From positions 1 through 64,000 of IMG/VR virus record IMGVR_UViG_3300031951_000074: a DNA stretch of 64,000 nucleotides. One strand, given 5' to 3'. This DNA comes from a virus. Taxonomy: Duplodnaviria; Caudoviricetes. The notes below the pieces were generated by a model. It was not told the origin of the DNA. It saw nothing but the letters and a program-made list of their open reading frames with translations, and searched no databases. The stretch's first letter is position 1, and every line of letters starts with the position of its first letter. Below are positions 15,338 through 25,500 of the stretch, in pieces. Position numbers and translations under genes: made by a program.

Positions 15338-16987
15338 ATGAGTATTCCTTTTTCTACCTCCGCTAATATAAATAACTTTTTGTTAGGTATAGCAGCAGAA
15401 GAGGCACTTAATAATAAAGAAAAAGAAAAAGCCTTTAAAAGATTAGATCTTGAAGTATCTCGTATAAACAACAATCTAAGAGAATCATACGACGCACTGA
15501 TTCCAAATGTTTTTGTAGCAGATTGTGTTAGTTTTACAAATTTAATAGTAAACAGATTAAAACAAAATCCGGAAAAGTTTTACGACGATCCTAATGTCGG
15601 AAAAGACATTATAAAAGCCTTTGCAGATACAAATAGTCCTGAGTATAAGGCACTACTAAAAAGAATAGTTCGTTTGGTAGGTTTATATCATGCAAAGCTG
15701 CTTAAAGAACAGAATACTACAAATCCAATACTAGAATTAAACAATTTAGCCAGAAAATTATTTAGTAGAACTCGCAATATAGAAAACGTTGTTAGTGCAA
15801 GAGTTTTAGGTGTAGATTTTGGTAAAAATATAAGAAAAGTTTTCGGTAATAGAAGTGTATTGGCAGCAATAGATCCTGGATTAGGTAGCTCTAATACTGT
15901 TTTTGTATTCTTTTCGAGTAGTTTTAATTCTATTGGTAATAGTTTCAGAAATGCAGTATACGATCCACTACTACAATACATAAGAACAAGACTTGGATAT
16001 GTTGATACCAGTAGTAAACTAACTATTGGTTCCATTGTTAACTTAGGTCACGCAGCGCTTGTAAATGATCTAGGTGGTTGGGTAAATAGCCCAGCTTTTG
16101 CAAAAACATTATTTACAGTTGCTAGTGGTGGAAGCAAGAAATTTGCTCCAAAAGAACTAGAGCAAGCAGCATCTTTCTTCAAGAAAGAAAGTCGCATTAT
16201 AGAGAATAAAATCGAAGTAAGCAAAGAACTTACTTCAGTAGAAGAAGGGTACGGCATACTTCTTTCCTTGGGAGTAACTTTTACTAACTTTGAAGATGCA
16301 GTTATAAACAGCGATAGAGGTAGAAGGTATGAAGGCCCAACAGTACGTTTAATAGGTGATTCAAAGGTACAACCTCTGTCTACAAAACAAAAAGACATAT
16401 TAACAAACAAACTGTTTAGGCTAGTACTAAGAGCCAATCCTATTCTCGCCAGAAGCGGTAAAAATATAAAAGAATTTATAGAAGAGTCTTTTGTAAATAT
16501 AATTCAAGGCAAAAAAACAAAATCTGTAAAGTATAAATATCAAAAAACTCAGAAAAGTTTAAAAACAGTTTTTGTGCCTGTAAATAAGAAAATTACAGAA
16601 AAACAGAAAACAAAAGTTTCTACTAAACTGCAGCCTTTAGATATTTCTAAAGTACAGGAAAAATCTCCAGCTGATCTACTTACCCTAATCAACAGCAGGC
16701 TTCACGACACCATAAAAGCCAACATGGGCACCGGCGATAATCGAGATGTTTTGAACTATAGAAGTGGGCGTTTTGCCACCAGTGTAAAGGTTGAAAGACT
16801 GTCTACCAGCCGCATGGGCATGATAACGGCATTTTATACTTATATGAAAAATCCGTATGCAACGTTTTCAGGCGGCGGACTTCAGCAATTTCCACGGTCA
16901 CGAGACCCTAAGCTGTTAATAAGTCGTAGTATAAGACAAATCGCATCAGATCTAGTAACCAATCAATTGAGGGCTGTAAATGTCTAA
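15338..16987 (+). CDS. Tail completion protein (T5 p143-like) with long N-terminal extension
   Basis: C-terminal LNYRSGRFA...YMKNPY...RDPKLLI; synteny. Confidence 0.7.
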   Translation: MSIPFSTSANINNFLLGIAAEEALNNKEKEKAFKRLDLEVSRINNNLRESYDALIPNVFVADCVSFTNLIVNRLKQNPEKFYDDPNVGKDIIKAFADTNSPEYKALLKRIVRLVGLYHAKLLKEQNTTNPILELNNLARKLFSRTRNIENVVSARVLGVDFGKNIRKVFGNRSVLAAIDPGLGSSNTVFVFFSSSFNSIGNSFRNAVYDPLLQYIRTRLGYVDTSSKLTIGSIVNLGHAALVNDLGGWVNSPAFAKTLFTVASGGSKKFAPKELEQAASFFKKESRIIENKIEVSKELTSVEEGYGILLSLGVTFTNFEDAVINSDRGRRYEGPTVRLIGDSKVQPLSTKQKDILTNKLFRLVLRANPILARSGKNIKEFIEESFVNIIQGKKTKSVKYKYQKTQKSLKTVFVPVNKKITEKQKTKVSTKLQPLDISKVQEKSPADLLTLINSRLHDTIKANMGTGDNRDVLNYRSGRFATSVKVERLSTSRMGMITAFYTYMKNPYATFSGGGLQQFPRSRDPKLLISRSIRQIASDLVTNQLRAVNV

Positions 16988-17423
16988 AAGAAGTTCAATA
17001 ACAAAAGCCCTGAGTACAAAGATCAATGAATTATTGGTGGGTGATAATAATTACACTACCAATTTGTACAACAACTGTTATCCCTACTTAAAGTTCTGGG
17101 ATGAAGTAGACAACTTTCCCAGCATCTATATAACACCAGGCAGTGAGACCCGTGAATACTTGCCCAGTAACTTTACTTGGGGGTTCTTGAACTTGAGTGT
17201 TAAACTGTACTGCAAGGGTGAGAATAGTAGTCAAGATTTAGAAACCCTATTAGAAGACTTTGAAAACGCAATAGATGCAAACAGAGTGTTGACTTATGAC
17301 GACGTCAACAGTCTAGAAACAACAGAAATCCTTGTTGTCAGTATAACAACAGACGAGGGGTTGTTGGCTCCGTATGCAGTAGGAGAAATAAATCTGCAAG
17401 TACGGTATGAATTACCGCAATAA
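16980..17423 (+). CDS. Tail terminator (T5 p142-like)
   Basis: KFWDEV, ETREYLPS, SITTDEGLLAPY. Confidence 0.9.
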   Translation: MSKRSSITKALSTKINELLVGDNNYTTNLYNNCYPYLKFWDEVDNFPSIYITPGSETREYLPSNFTWGFLNLSVKLYCKGENSSQDLETLLEDFENAIDANRVLTYDDVNSLETTEILVVSITTDEGLLAPYAVGEINLQVRYELPQ

Positions 17424-17492
17424 AGCTGCTATATAAAACAGATAAATATCTAGTAAATAATAGCGCTTTTTTAATCCAAAAAAGGAAAAATT

Positions 17493-18629
17493 ATGGCATT
17501 AAATCTAGTACGTAATAGTAGAGTTTTCTTTACCACAAACGTAAACAGCGACGGAGTAGTAAATACAACTGGTATTACTACATCTAATACTTGGGAAATA
17601 CAGGTTCTGGATGGGTTAAGTTTTAGTCAGGCCACAACATCAGAAACTGTAACGGTTAATGAGGCTGGTGCAACTCCAACTCGTGGACAGAGATCGTTCA
17701 ATACGGCTCTAAATCCAGTTGAGTTTTCTATGAGCACCTATATTCGTCCAAAACTACTAACAGCACCAGATCCAGACGAAATTCTTGCAGAAGAGCGCTT
17801 CTTGTGGAATGCTTTTGCAGGAGTAGACGCTATCGGTACAGCAGCAGGAGCTGTAGGCTGGACAACAGGAGCATCTAGTTCCACAGTAGCATTTACAAAC
17901 AGTAACAAACACCAATTCCAAAAGTTTGGATTAATCATAGTTATTGATGGTGCTGCTTATCTCATCGATAACTGCTCACTAAACCAAGCATCGATTGACT
18001 TTGGTCTAGACGCAATTGCTACAATTGCTTGGAGCGGTCAAGGCACAGCACTACGTCAGCTAGAGACCGTAACACTAGCAACCAATACTTTTAGTGGTGG
18101 CTTAACCGGTACAGCAACAGGTAAGGTAACGGATGCAAAGTATTTAGCAAACAAACTAAGTACCGTTACAATACAAGCAGGTATTACAGGTACTGGCACC
18201 ACATACACACTACCTGTAACCGGTGGAAACATTACTTTTGCTAACAATATTACCTACTTAACTCCAGCTAACTTAGGTATTGTTAACCAACCAATTACTT
18301 ACTTCTCTGGTACTCGTGCTATTAGCGGTTCTTTAAACTGCTATCTACGTACTAATGAAGAAAATAGTAGCGCGGATCTGCTGAGCGAATTACTAACAGG
18401 TGCAGCAACGGATATTGCCCCAGGATACGAAATTATTATTTCTATCGGCGGCAGCAGTGGAACACGAGTTGTTATCACAATGCCTGCAGCAGTATTACAA
18501 ATCCCATCAGTAAATACAGAACAGGTTGTTTCAACAACAATCAACTTTACTGCTCAGGGAAGCGCAAGTACAGCGTACGATATTACTGCAGCAAACGAAG
18601 CAGAAATCAAGTATTACGCAGTTGCTTAA
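17493..18629 (+). CDS. Major tail tube protein (T5 pb6-like, no C-terminal Ig domain)
   Basis: LVRNSRVFF, VNEAGATPTRG, FSMSTYIRP, LTPANLG. Confidence 0.9.
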   Translation: MALNLVRNSRVFFTTNVNSDGVVNTTGITTSNTWEIQVLDGLSFSQATTSETVTVNEAGATPTRGQRSFNTALNPVEFSMSTYIRPKLLTAPDPDEILAEERFLWNAFAGVDAIGTAAGAVGWTTGASSSTVAFTNSNKHQFQKFGLIIVIDGAAYLIDNCSLNQASIDFGLDAIATIAWSGQGTALRQLETVTLATNTFSGGLTGTATGKVTDAKYLANKLSTVTIQAGITGTGTTYTLPVTGGNITFANNITYLTPANLGIVNQPITYFSGTRAISGSLNCYLRTNEENSSADLLSELLTGAATDIAPGYEIIISIGGSSGTRVVITMPAAVLQIPSVNTEQVVSTTINFTAQGSASTAYDITAANEAEIKYYAVA

Positions 18630-18681
18630 TTTACAAATCAGCGGGAGCAATCCCGCTGATTAATAACCAAAAAGGAAAAAA

Positions 18682-19095
18682 ATGTCAACAAAAGTTTCTC
18701 TTAAGTCTTTGTTAGTTCCCTCAAAGAACATTGAGGTAGAATATCCTGGGATGCCTGGCTTTGAGATTTCTCTCAGCTTTTTAAGCCGTGAAACCCTGCA
18801 GGCCATTCGTAAAAAGAGTACAAAGACTAGCTTTAAAAACCGCCAACCAGTTGAAGAACTCAACGACGACTTATTCTTAGAGCTTTATGTAAAAGCCTCT
18901 GTTGTTGGTTGGAAAGGTTTAAAGATTCGTTATCTAGAACAGCTTGCACCAATCGATGTAAGTGGTTTAAATCCAGATGATGAACTGGAGTTCTCAGAAG
19001 AAAATGCATTGTACTTGATGAAGAGCTCTTCAAACTTTGATGCGTTTGTCTCAGAACAGGTAACAGACTTGGGAAACTTTTCGAAGACCAAATAA
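18682..19095 (+). CDS. Tail assembly chaperone (gpG-like)
   Basis: Lies between the tail tube and TMP genes; ends at slippery site G GGA AAC (19071-77). Confidence 0.85.
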   Translation: MSTKVSLKSLLVPSKNIEVEYPGMPGFEISLSFLSRETLQAIRKKSTKTSFKNRQPVEELNDDLFLELYVKASVVGWKGLKIRYLEQLAPIDVSGLNPDDELEFSEENALYLMKSSSNFDAFVSEQVTDLGNFSKTK

Positions 19096-19463
19096 GTCTT
19101 TTATTTGATAAACTAGATAACTGGTTGCAGAATGCAGATGTTAATGTTTCAAAAGAAACATACATCGAAATGTGTGAGATGATGGGCACAGAGCCCAATG
19201 AGGACGACATGCCGTTAGACATGTCTGACTTTCCAACGGAAGCACAGCAAGCAGTTCAAGTATTTGGTTTGTTAAAAGACATTTGGGATCCTTTCGGCGG
19301 GAACTATTTGGGCAAAGATTTGTCAATAATATTTCAAGTCTTTGACTTACTAGAAATAGATCACAATTCTCGCAAATTGATTTTCAAGATTGTGCAGCAC
19401 TTGGATAGTTGCAGAGCAGCAATAATAAAGCGCAAACAAGATAGTAAAAAGCCCTCTAAATAG
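19077..19463 (+). CDS. Tail assembly chaperone -1 frameshift extension (gpT-like)
   Basis: The -1 frame is open from the slippery site; YIEMCEMMG.EP motif. Confidence 0.8.
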   Translation, partial: LFEDQISLLFDKLDNWLQNADVNVSKETYIEMCEMMGTEPNEDDMPLDMSDFPTEAQQAVQVFGLLKDIWDPFGGNYLGKDLSIIFQVFDLLEIDHNSRKLIFKIVQHLDSCRAAIIKRKQDSKKPSK

Positions 19464-19522
19464 AGGGCTTTTTTATGCTTAAAATTTATAGGTTTGACAC
19501 TTTTTAGCCTCTATGATATAAT
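19446..19522 (+). promoter_or_regulatory. Terminator followed by a consensus promoter for the TMP gene
   Basis: AGCCCTCTA-AA-TAGAGGGCT-TTTTT; TTGACA(19494)-N17-TATAAT(19517). Confidence 0.8.
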
Positions 19523-19576
19523 CTGGAGTAAATAAAGAATACCTGTAAATTTTTACAGAAAAACACAGGAGAACCT

Positions 19577-22500
19577 ATGGCTACAATTAAAGTAGGTATT
19601 GACGTATCAGACAATGGTACTACCAAAAAAGCAACAGACGCTGCAGAACGATTAAAAAGTGCATACGACAGTGCAGCTAAAAGTGCAAAAAGTATTGGTG
19701 TTGGGCAGCAGTCTTCTTCAATGCCAAAAACTGGAATGGCAGCGCAGAGTCAGGCTATTACAACCCAAGAGTTGGTGGCGTACAACCGACAAAGAGCGGT
19801 TGCGCAACGCACAGGTGCGTCTGCTCGAGACTTTGCAAAGGAAGCCGAGGGCTTAGGTGGATTAGTTCGTTTGTACGCTACTTTTGCAGCCAACGTATTC
19901 GCAGTAAGTGCAGCTTTTAATGCATTGAGTAATGCAATGGACACTACCAACATGATCAAAGGATTGGATCAGTTGGGTGCTGCTAGTGGTCAAGCACTTG
20001 GTGGTTTGAGCAAGCGATTTGTAGAAGTAACTGATGGAGCCATTAGTCTTCGCGAATCTGTGGAATCTGTTGCAAAAGCAAGTGCAGCTGGTTTGAGTAG
20101 CAAGCAAATTTTACAGATTGGTGAAAATGCCAAAAAAGCTTCACAGGCACTAGGCGTTAACATGAGCGACGCTGTAAGTCGTCTTACTCGTGGTATTACT
20201 AAGTTAGAACCAGAACTATTGGACGAATTGGGTATTTATACCAAATTAGAAGAGTCTGTAAACAAGTATGCTTTGAGTGTAGGTAAAACTGCCAGTTCAC
20301 TAACAGATTTTGAACGTCGTCAGGCTTTTGCAGTTGCAGTATTAGACGAGGCAAATAAAAAGTTTGGTGCCATTGAATTAGATACAAATCCTTACAATAA
20401 ACTGTTGGCTACGTTTAGAGATGTAACATTTGCTGGATTGGAATTGGTTAATAAAGGACTGACTCCAATTGTAAGTTTATTGAGTCAAAGCCCTGTTGCA
20501 TTAGCTGGTATTCTGGGATTAATTGCAAAACAATTAGTAAGCAGCGCACTACCAGCTCTCGCTCAATATCGCCAAGGATTAGATGATCAAGTAGTAGCCA
20601 CTAAGCAAGCCTTAGAGGCTGCTCAAGCTCGTCGTGCACAAAACCGTAATTTTATTACTGAGCTTGAAGCAGAAACAGCGGCAAATAAAGATCGTGCTGC
20701 AGCCGCCAAAGCTGACCTAGAAGTAGAAAAAGCAAGAGCACAGTTTGCTTCCGGTAGAAAGCGCCCAGCAGTTTTAGCAGCGCTTCCAACTTCTGCTGAA
20801 TTATTGGCAACAGAGCCAGATTTAGACAAGCTAACAAAAGCATCTAAAGAAGTAGAAAGAAGAATAAGCCTAATAAAACAAGAAAAAACAGGCACAGAAG
20901 ATGTAAACAAAAAGCGTGAAAGAGAGATAAATCTTTTAATTGCTGCAAATAAGGCAATTAATGATAGAATCCAAGCCGGAAAACAGTTTAACGATTTTTT
21001 AAATGAAAATGTCGTAGGAACTCCAGGGGCACTTAGTAAAGTTCAAAAAGATCAAAGAGATCTAGAAAAAGCCACAAGAGCAGCTCGTGGAATTGAAATA
21101 GTACAAGACGTAGCGCAGACTTACGATACCAGCGGGTTTAATGAAGGGTTTAAAAAACTTGGCACCAGTATAGCAAACAGCAGAAAAGAACTAGGATTTT
21201 TCCGTACAGCATTGGTTGGTGTGCAAGGAGCCACACTGCTACTAGCCGGCGGAATAAGTCAAGTAATGAGTGCATTAAATCCGTTACTGTTTATAGTTAC
21301 TGCAGCAGTTACTGCCTTTGGATTTTTAGACGGTGTAATGTCGAGCAATAAAAAACAGGCAGAAGATGCCAACATGTCTTTTGGACTGTTAGATGAAGCA
21401 TTAAAAAATATAGACAAAACAGCTACAGCACTTTCAAAGAAAGATCCGCTAGAGCGTTTGTCAGCAAGTTCTATTGCAGCGAAAGCAAAATCTGTTAGCG
21501 AGTTGAGCAGTGCGCTTGGTGACTTGGTAGAAAAAGTAGAAGCTCAAGATGCCGCAGCCGGTAAATGGGATAAATTTGTAGACGGATTCAAAGTAATTTG
21601 GGGAGGAGACTTATTAAGCAAGTCTTCTGATAAATTAACAGAAAGTATCACAAAACTACTAAATAGTGCCGGCGGACCCGAAGCTGAACAGGCTTCAAAA
21701 AAGTTAAAGGAACTGGTTGGTGTTGATCCTCGCGACCAAGAAGCTTTTCGCAAGGCCCTACAAGAATCTCCACAAAAGTTTTTGGAATTAGCGCCAAAAG
21801 TAGCACAAGAAGCCCAAAACTTAACCAACAAGTTAACCGCGTTAGCGGGTTCAGCGCAGCAGGCTTCAGATGATATCAATACTGCCAGTAAATCACAGAG
21901 TGAGTTTGTTACTTCTGCGCTTCCTTCTGATAAATTGAGTAAGTTTGGAAGCGACTTAGTAAAAGCAGGAGTTTCTATTAAAAATGCTTTAAAGGATGCC
22001 AACTCAGAACTTTCAGTATTACAAAACCTATTAAAAAATCCAAACAACATAAAGCTGTTCAGCAAAGATTTTCAAGACTACTTTATAAAAAATCGCGATA
22101 GTATTGCAGCAAACTTATCTGTGCTGTCCGCTTACAGAGCAGAGCTGTCAAAACTAGAAAGACAGCAAAGTTCTTCAATGTTAAGAAGTACTGGAAGCGC
22201 ACTTTTAAGTAGTATGGGGTTCGGCGGAGCAGGTTCAACAATACAAACACTAAGAAGTGAAATTAAAAGAATAGAAGCAGAAACAGCTGGTAGACTAAAA
22301 GCAGAATCTGAAAGAATGATACAAAACGGCTTGAATTTTTTAAGCAGAGCCGCAGAAGAGTTATTGAAAAAAGCAGCAGGTATAATAAACTCAGCAAAAG
22401 TAGAATTATTGGGCAACACAGAAGAAGCCATAAGAGAGCGTACTAAAATAGATAATATGGCTCTAGACGCGCAGATTGCAGTATTGGAAACCGAAAAGAG

Positions 22501-25500
22501 TCTAATTGGCTCTCAAGACAGGCTTCAGCAAGCCATTGAACTACAAACTCTTGCTGTTCAAGAACAAACAGCAGAACAAAGAGCAGCTACACAACTTCAA
22601 GCCCCTGGAGCAGACAGAACAGCAATAGAATCAGGCTTACGAGAAACACTTCTTAACATTGCAAAAGCAAGACGAGAAATACAACTACCATCTGCTGATA
22701 ACAGGTTATCCGTACAGGCACAAAAACAGATAAGTGCACAGGTTGGAATTCTTCAATCCCAGAAACAGGCCAACTTATTCAGAGAAGCAAGTCAGCTAAT
22801 AGACTTAAATACGCGCAAACAAGAAGAAAATAATAATGTTTTAATTCGTAGAAATGAATCAATTCGTGATAGTTTAGAATTTGAAAAACAAACTTTTGGA
22901 GTATTAAGCGAACAAAAACAATTACAATTAGAGACTGCTAATAGAGAGATACTACGTCTACAACAAGTAAAAGAGCGGTTACCGCTTGAAGCACAGATTG
23001 AAAAAATAAATTTAGTTGCAAACCGCCCAAGTACTGCAATAAGAGAAGAAACAGAAATAACTAGACTATTAGAAAGAAGAGTTAATCTTGAACGTGAGAG
23101 AGAGGATTTAATAGATAGCACAGACAGTAGAGATTTACGTAGAGATACAGCTAAATCTGACAAAATTAAACAACAAATCGCAGATATTAAAAGTGGAAGG
23201 TTTTTTCAGGATAGTTCCAAAGCAGCAGTAACTAAATTAGAGGAGTTAGATAATCTAGCAACATTGTTAGAACAACGCTTAAGGAACACAATTCCGGTAG
23301 ATATAGATAAAATTATCACAGACGCAACTAGTGCTCGCGATCAGGCAGTAAGAGAGGCTGAAGAAGCAGCCAATAGTTTAATTGATAGATTAAATACTGA
23401 ATACGAAAATGCTCGTACTGAAAGGTTTAACAAAGCGACGCAAGATAGAGAAGCATTAAGAAAATTATTCGAAGACTATGGAAATAAAAGATCAACCTCT
23501 CGACAAGATACACCTGCTATTGTTGAATCACGCAATAAATATTTAGCTGCTCGTGCAGAGTTTGTTAATGCAGAAGAAATTAGAAAAAGAGTAAATAAAA
23601 AAGAAGAAGAAGCAAAAGATAAAAAAATCTCGGATGCTAGAAAAACTGCCGACGCTGTAAAGACACAGGCTGAGCGCACAGCGTCTGAACAAATAGCCCA
23701 ACAACAAAGAGTCTTTAATACAACGCAAACTATAGCAGAAAATCTAAATGTTAGATTGGCAGAGATATACGACGAAAGAGATAGAATTAGAACAGAACAA
23801 TGGATGCTGGCCGAAAGAAATACTGCAGGTCAATTAACTACTTTAGAAGGTGAATTAGATCTAGCACTTAAACAAGAATTTCTGGATTTGGAAGCAGCAA
23901 GCCAAGATCTGGATAAACGTACCAGAAATACTTTACAAGATCTACAAAATGAAATAAAAAAAGTAGAAGGGCAAATTAAATCTGCACAAACAGCCGTCGA
24001 TAAGGCTAGAGCACCTACTGGATTAGGAGCAAGCTCGCGACAAGAACAAGAAATACGACTAGAACAATTAAATGAATCGCAGGCACGTGACAGAGAAAGA
24101 TCTGAAAGAGAGAGCAATAAAAGAACTCTTGAAAACAGACAACAACAGTATGAAAAAGCAAGAGAGTTTATTAATAAATTAGCAGAGTTAGATAAAAGAA
24201 GTGCAGATTTGATTTTTGAAGAGCAAGTGGAAAGAATTAATACTCTTGAAAAATTAGGTATGATTTCCACGGAAACTCAGATCAAGCGCAAGGCAGATCT
24301 AGAAAAAGCTCAAGAGAAAAAGAACCTAGAAAATAGATTGGATACGTTAGGTAAAGAACTTACTAAAGAAGTAGATGTTTTAAGAGATCGTCAAAGAATA
24401 GCCTTTGGTTCCGGCCAACAACAGCAAGCTGTAGATTTACAAACAGAAATAGATGCTATTACAAATCGTTACAAAATTCTAGTTGGTGGCGAAGAAGCAT
24501 TAAGCAAAGCCCGCCAAGATGGAATAACTCAAATAAAAGAACAAAACTTATTATTAGAGTCGCAAAACAAGCTGGTGTCTGCACTAGAAAACGTTGCCAA
24601 AGCACTTGGTGATGCATTTGGTCAAAGCACTGGTGTTTTCTTTAATACTTTTGCTGTACTTGCAAAAACAGAAGCTGACTTTATAAACAGGAGCACAACC
24701 CTTGCAAAGACACGTGCTGCAGAAGAAGCAGCAGTCAAGTTAAAGTACAAAGAAGATGAGGTAGTTCAAACAAAGGCTCTTATTGAGATTGAGAAAAAGT
24801 ACGAAAACGAATTTAACAAACTTGGATTACAAAATATCCAGCAACAGGCAGCTGCAACAAAAGGATTCTTCAAAGAAAAGACTTTTGCCTACAAAGCACT
24901 GAGTATTGTAGAAAAAGTAGCAGCAGCACAAACACTTGCACTAAACCTACAAACAATGGCAAGCAACTTGGCGGCTCTTCCAGGCAAGATTGCCGGCGGT
25001 GTTGGACAGCTTGTTAGTCAGGGCGGTTTTGCAGGACTAGCAGCAGCTGCAGGCTTTCTGGCTCTTATGGCAAGTTTAGGCTTTAAGAAGGGCGGAGCAA
25101 AAGTAACACCAAGTGTGTCTTTGGAAGAAGTTCGTAAGACTCAAACAACTGGTCAGTTTTATAGTGGTAATACACTGATGACTCGTGCCGGAGCATTACA
25201 GGCTGATCCTACTGAAACCTTAAATTCTATTGACGAGTCTTTGGAAATAATCAAGTCTTCTGGATTTGATGATTTGGCAGTTTTCAACAAAATGTCCAAG
25301 TCTCTTGATAGAATAGATTTAAACACAAGAGCATTGTCAGAAAGATTGGCAATTTCTATTGGATCTGTTTTTTCTGAACTACAGGGCGGAGTCACAAACG
25401 AAAACCCATTAGCAAATCTTGCAAGCAATCCAGTAGTAAAAACAGGAACAACTCTTGGCGGAGCCGCATTGGGGTATGTTGGCGGATCAGTTTTAGCAGG

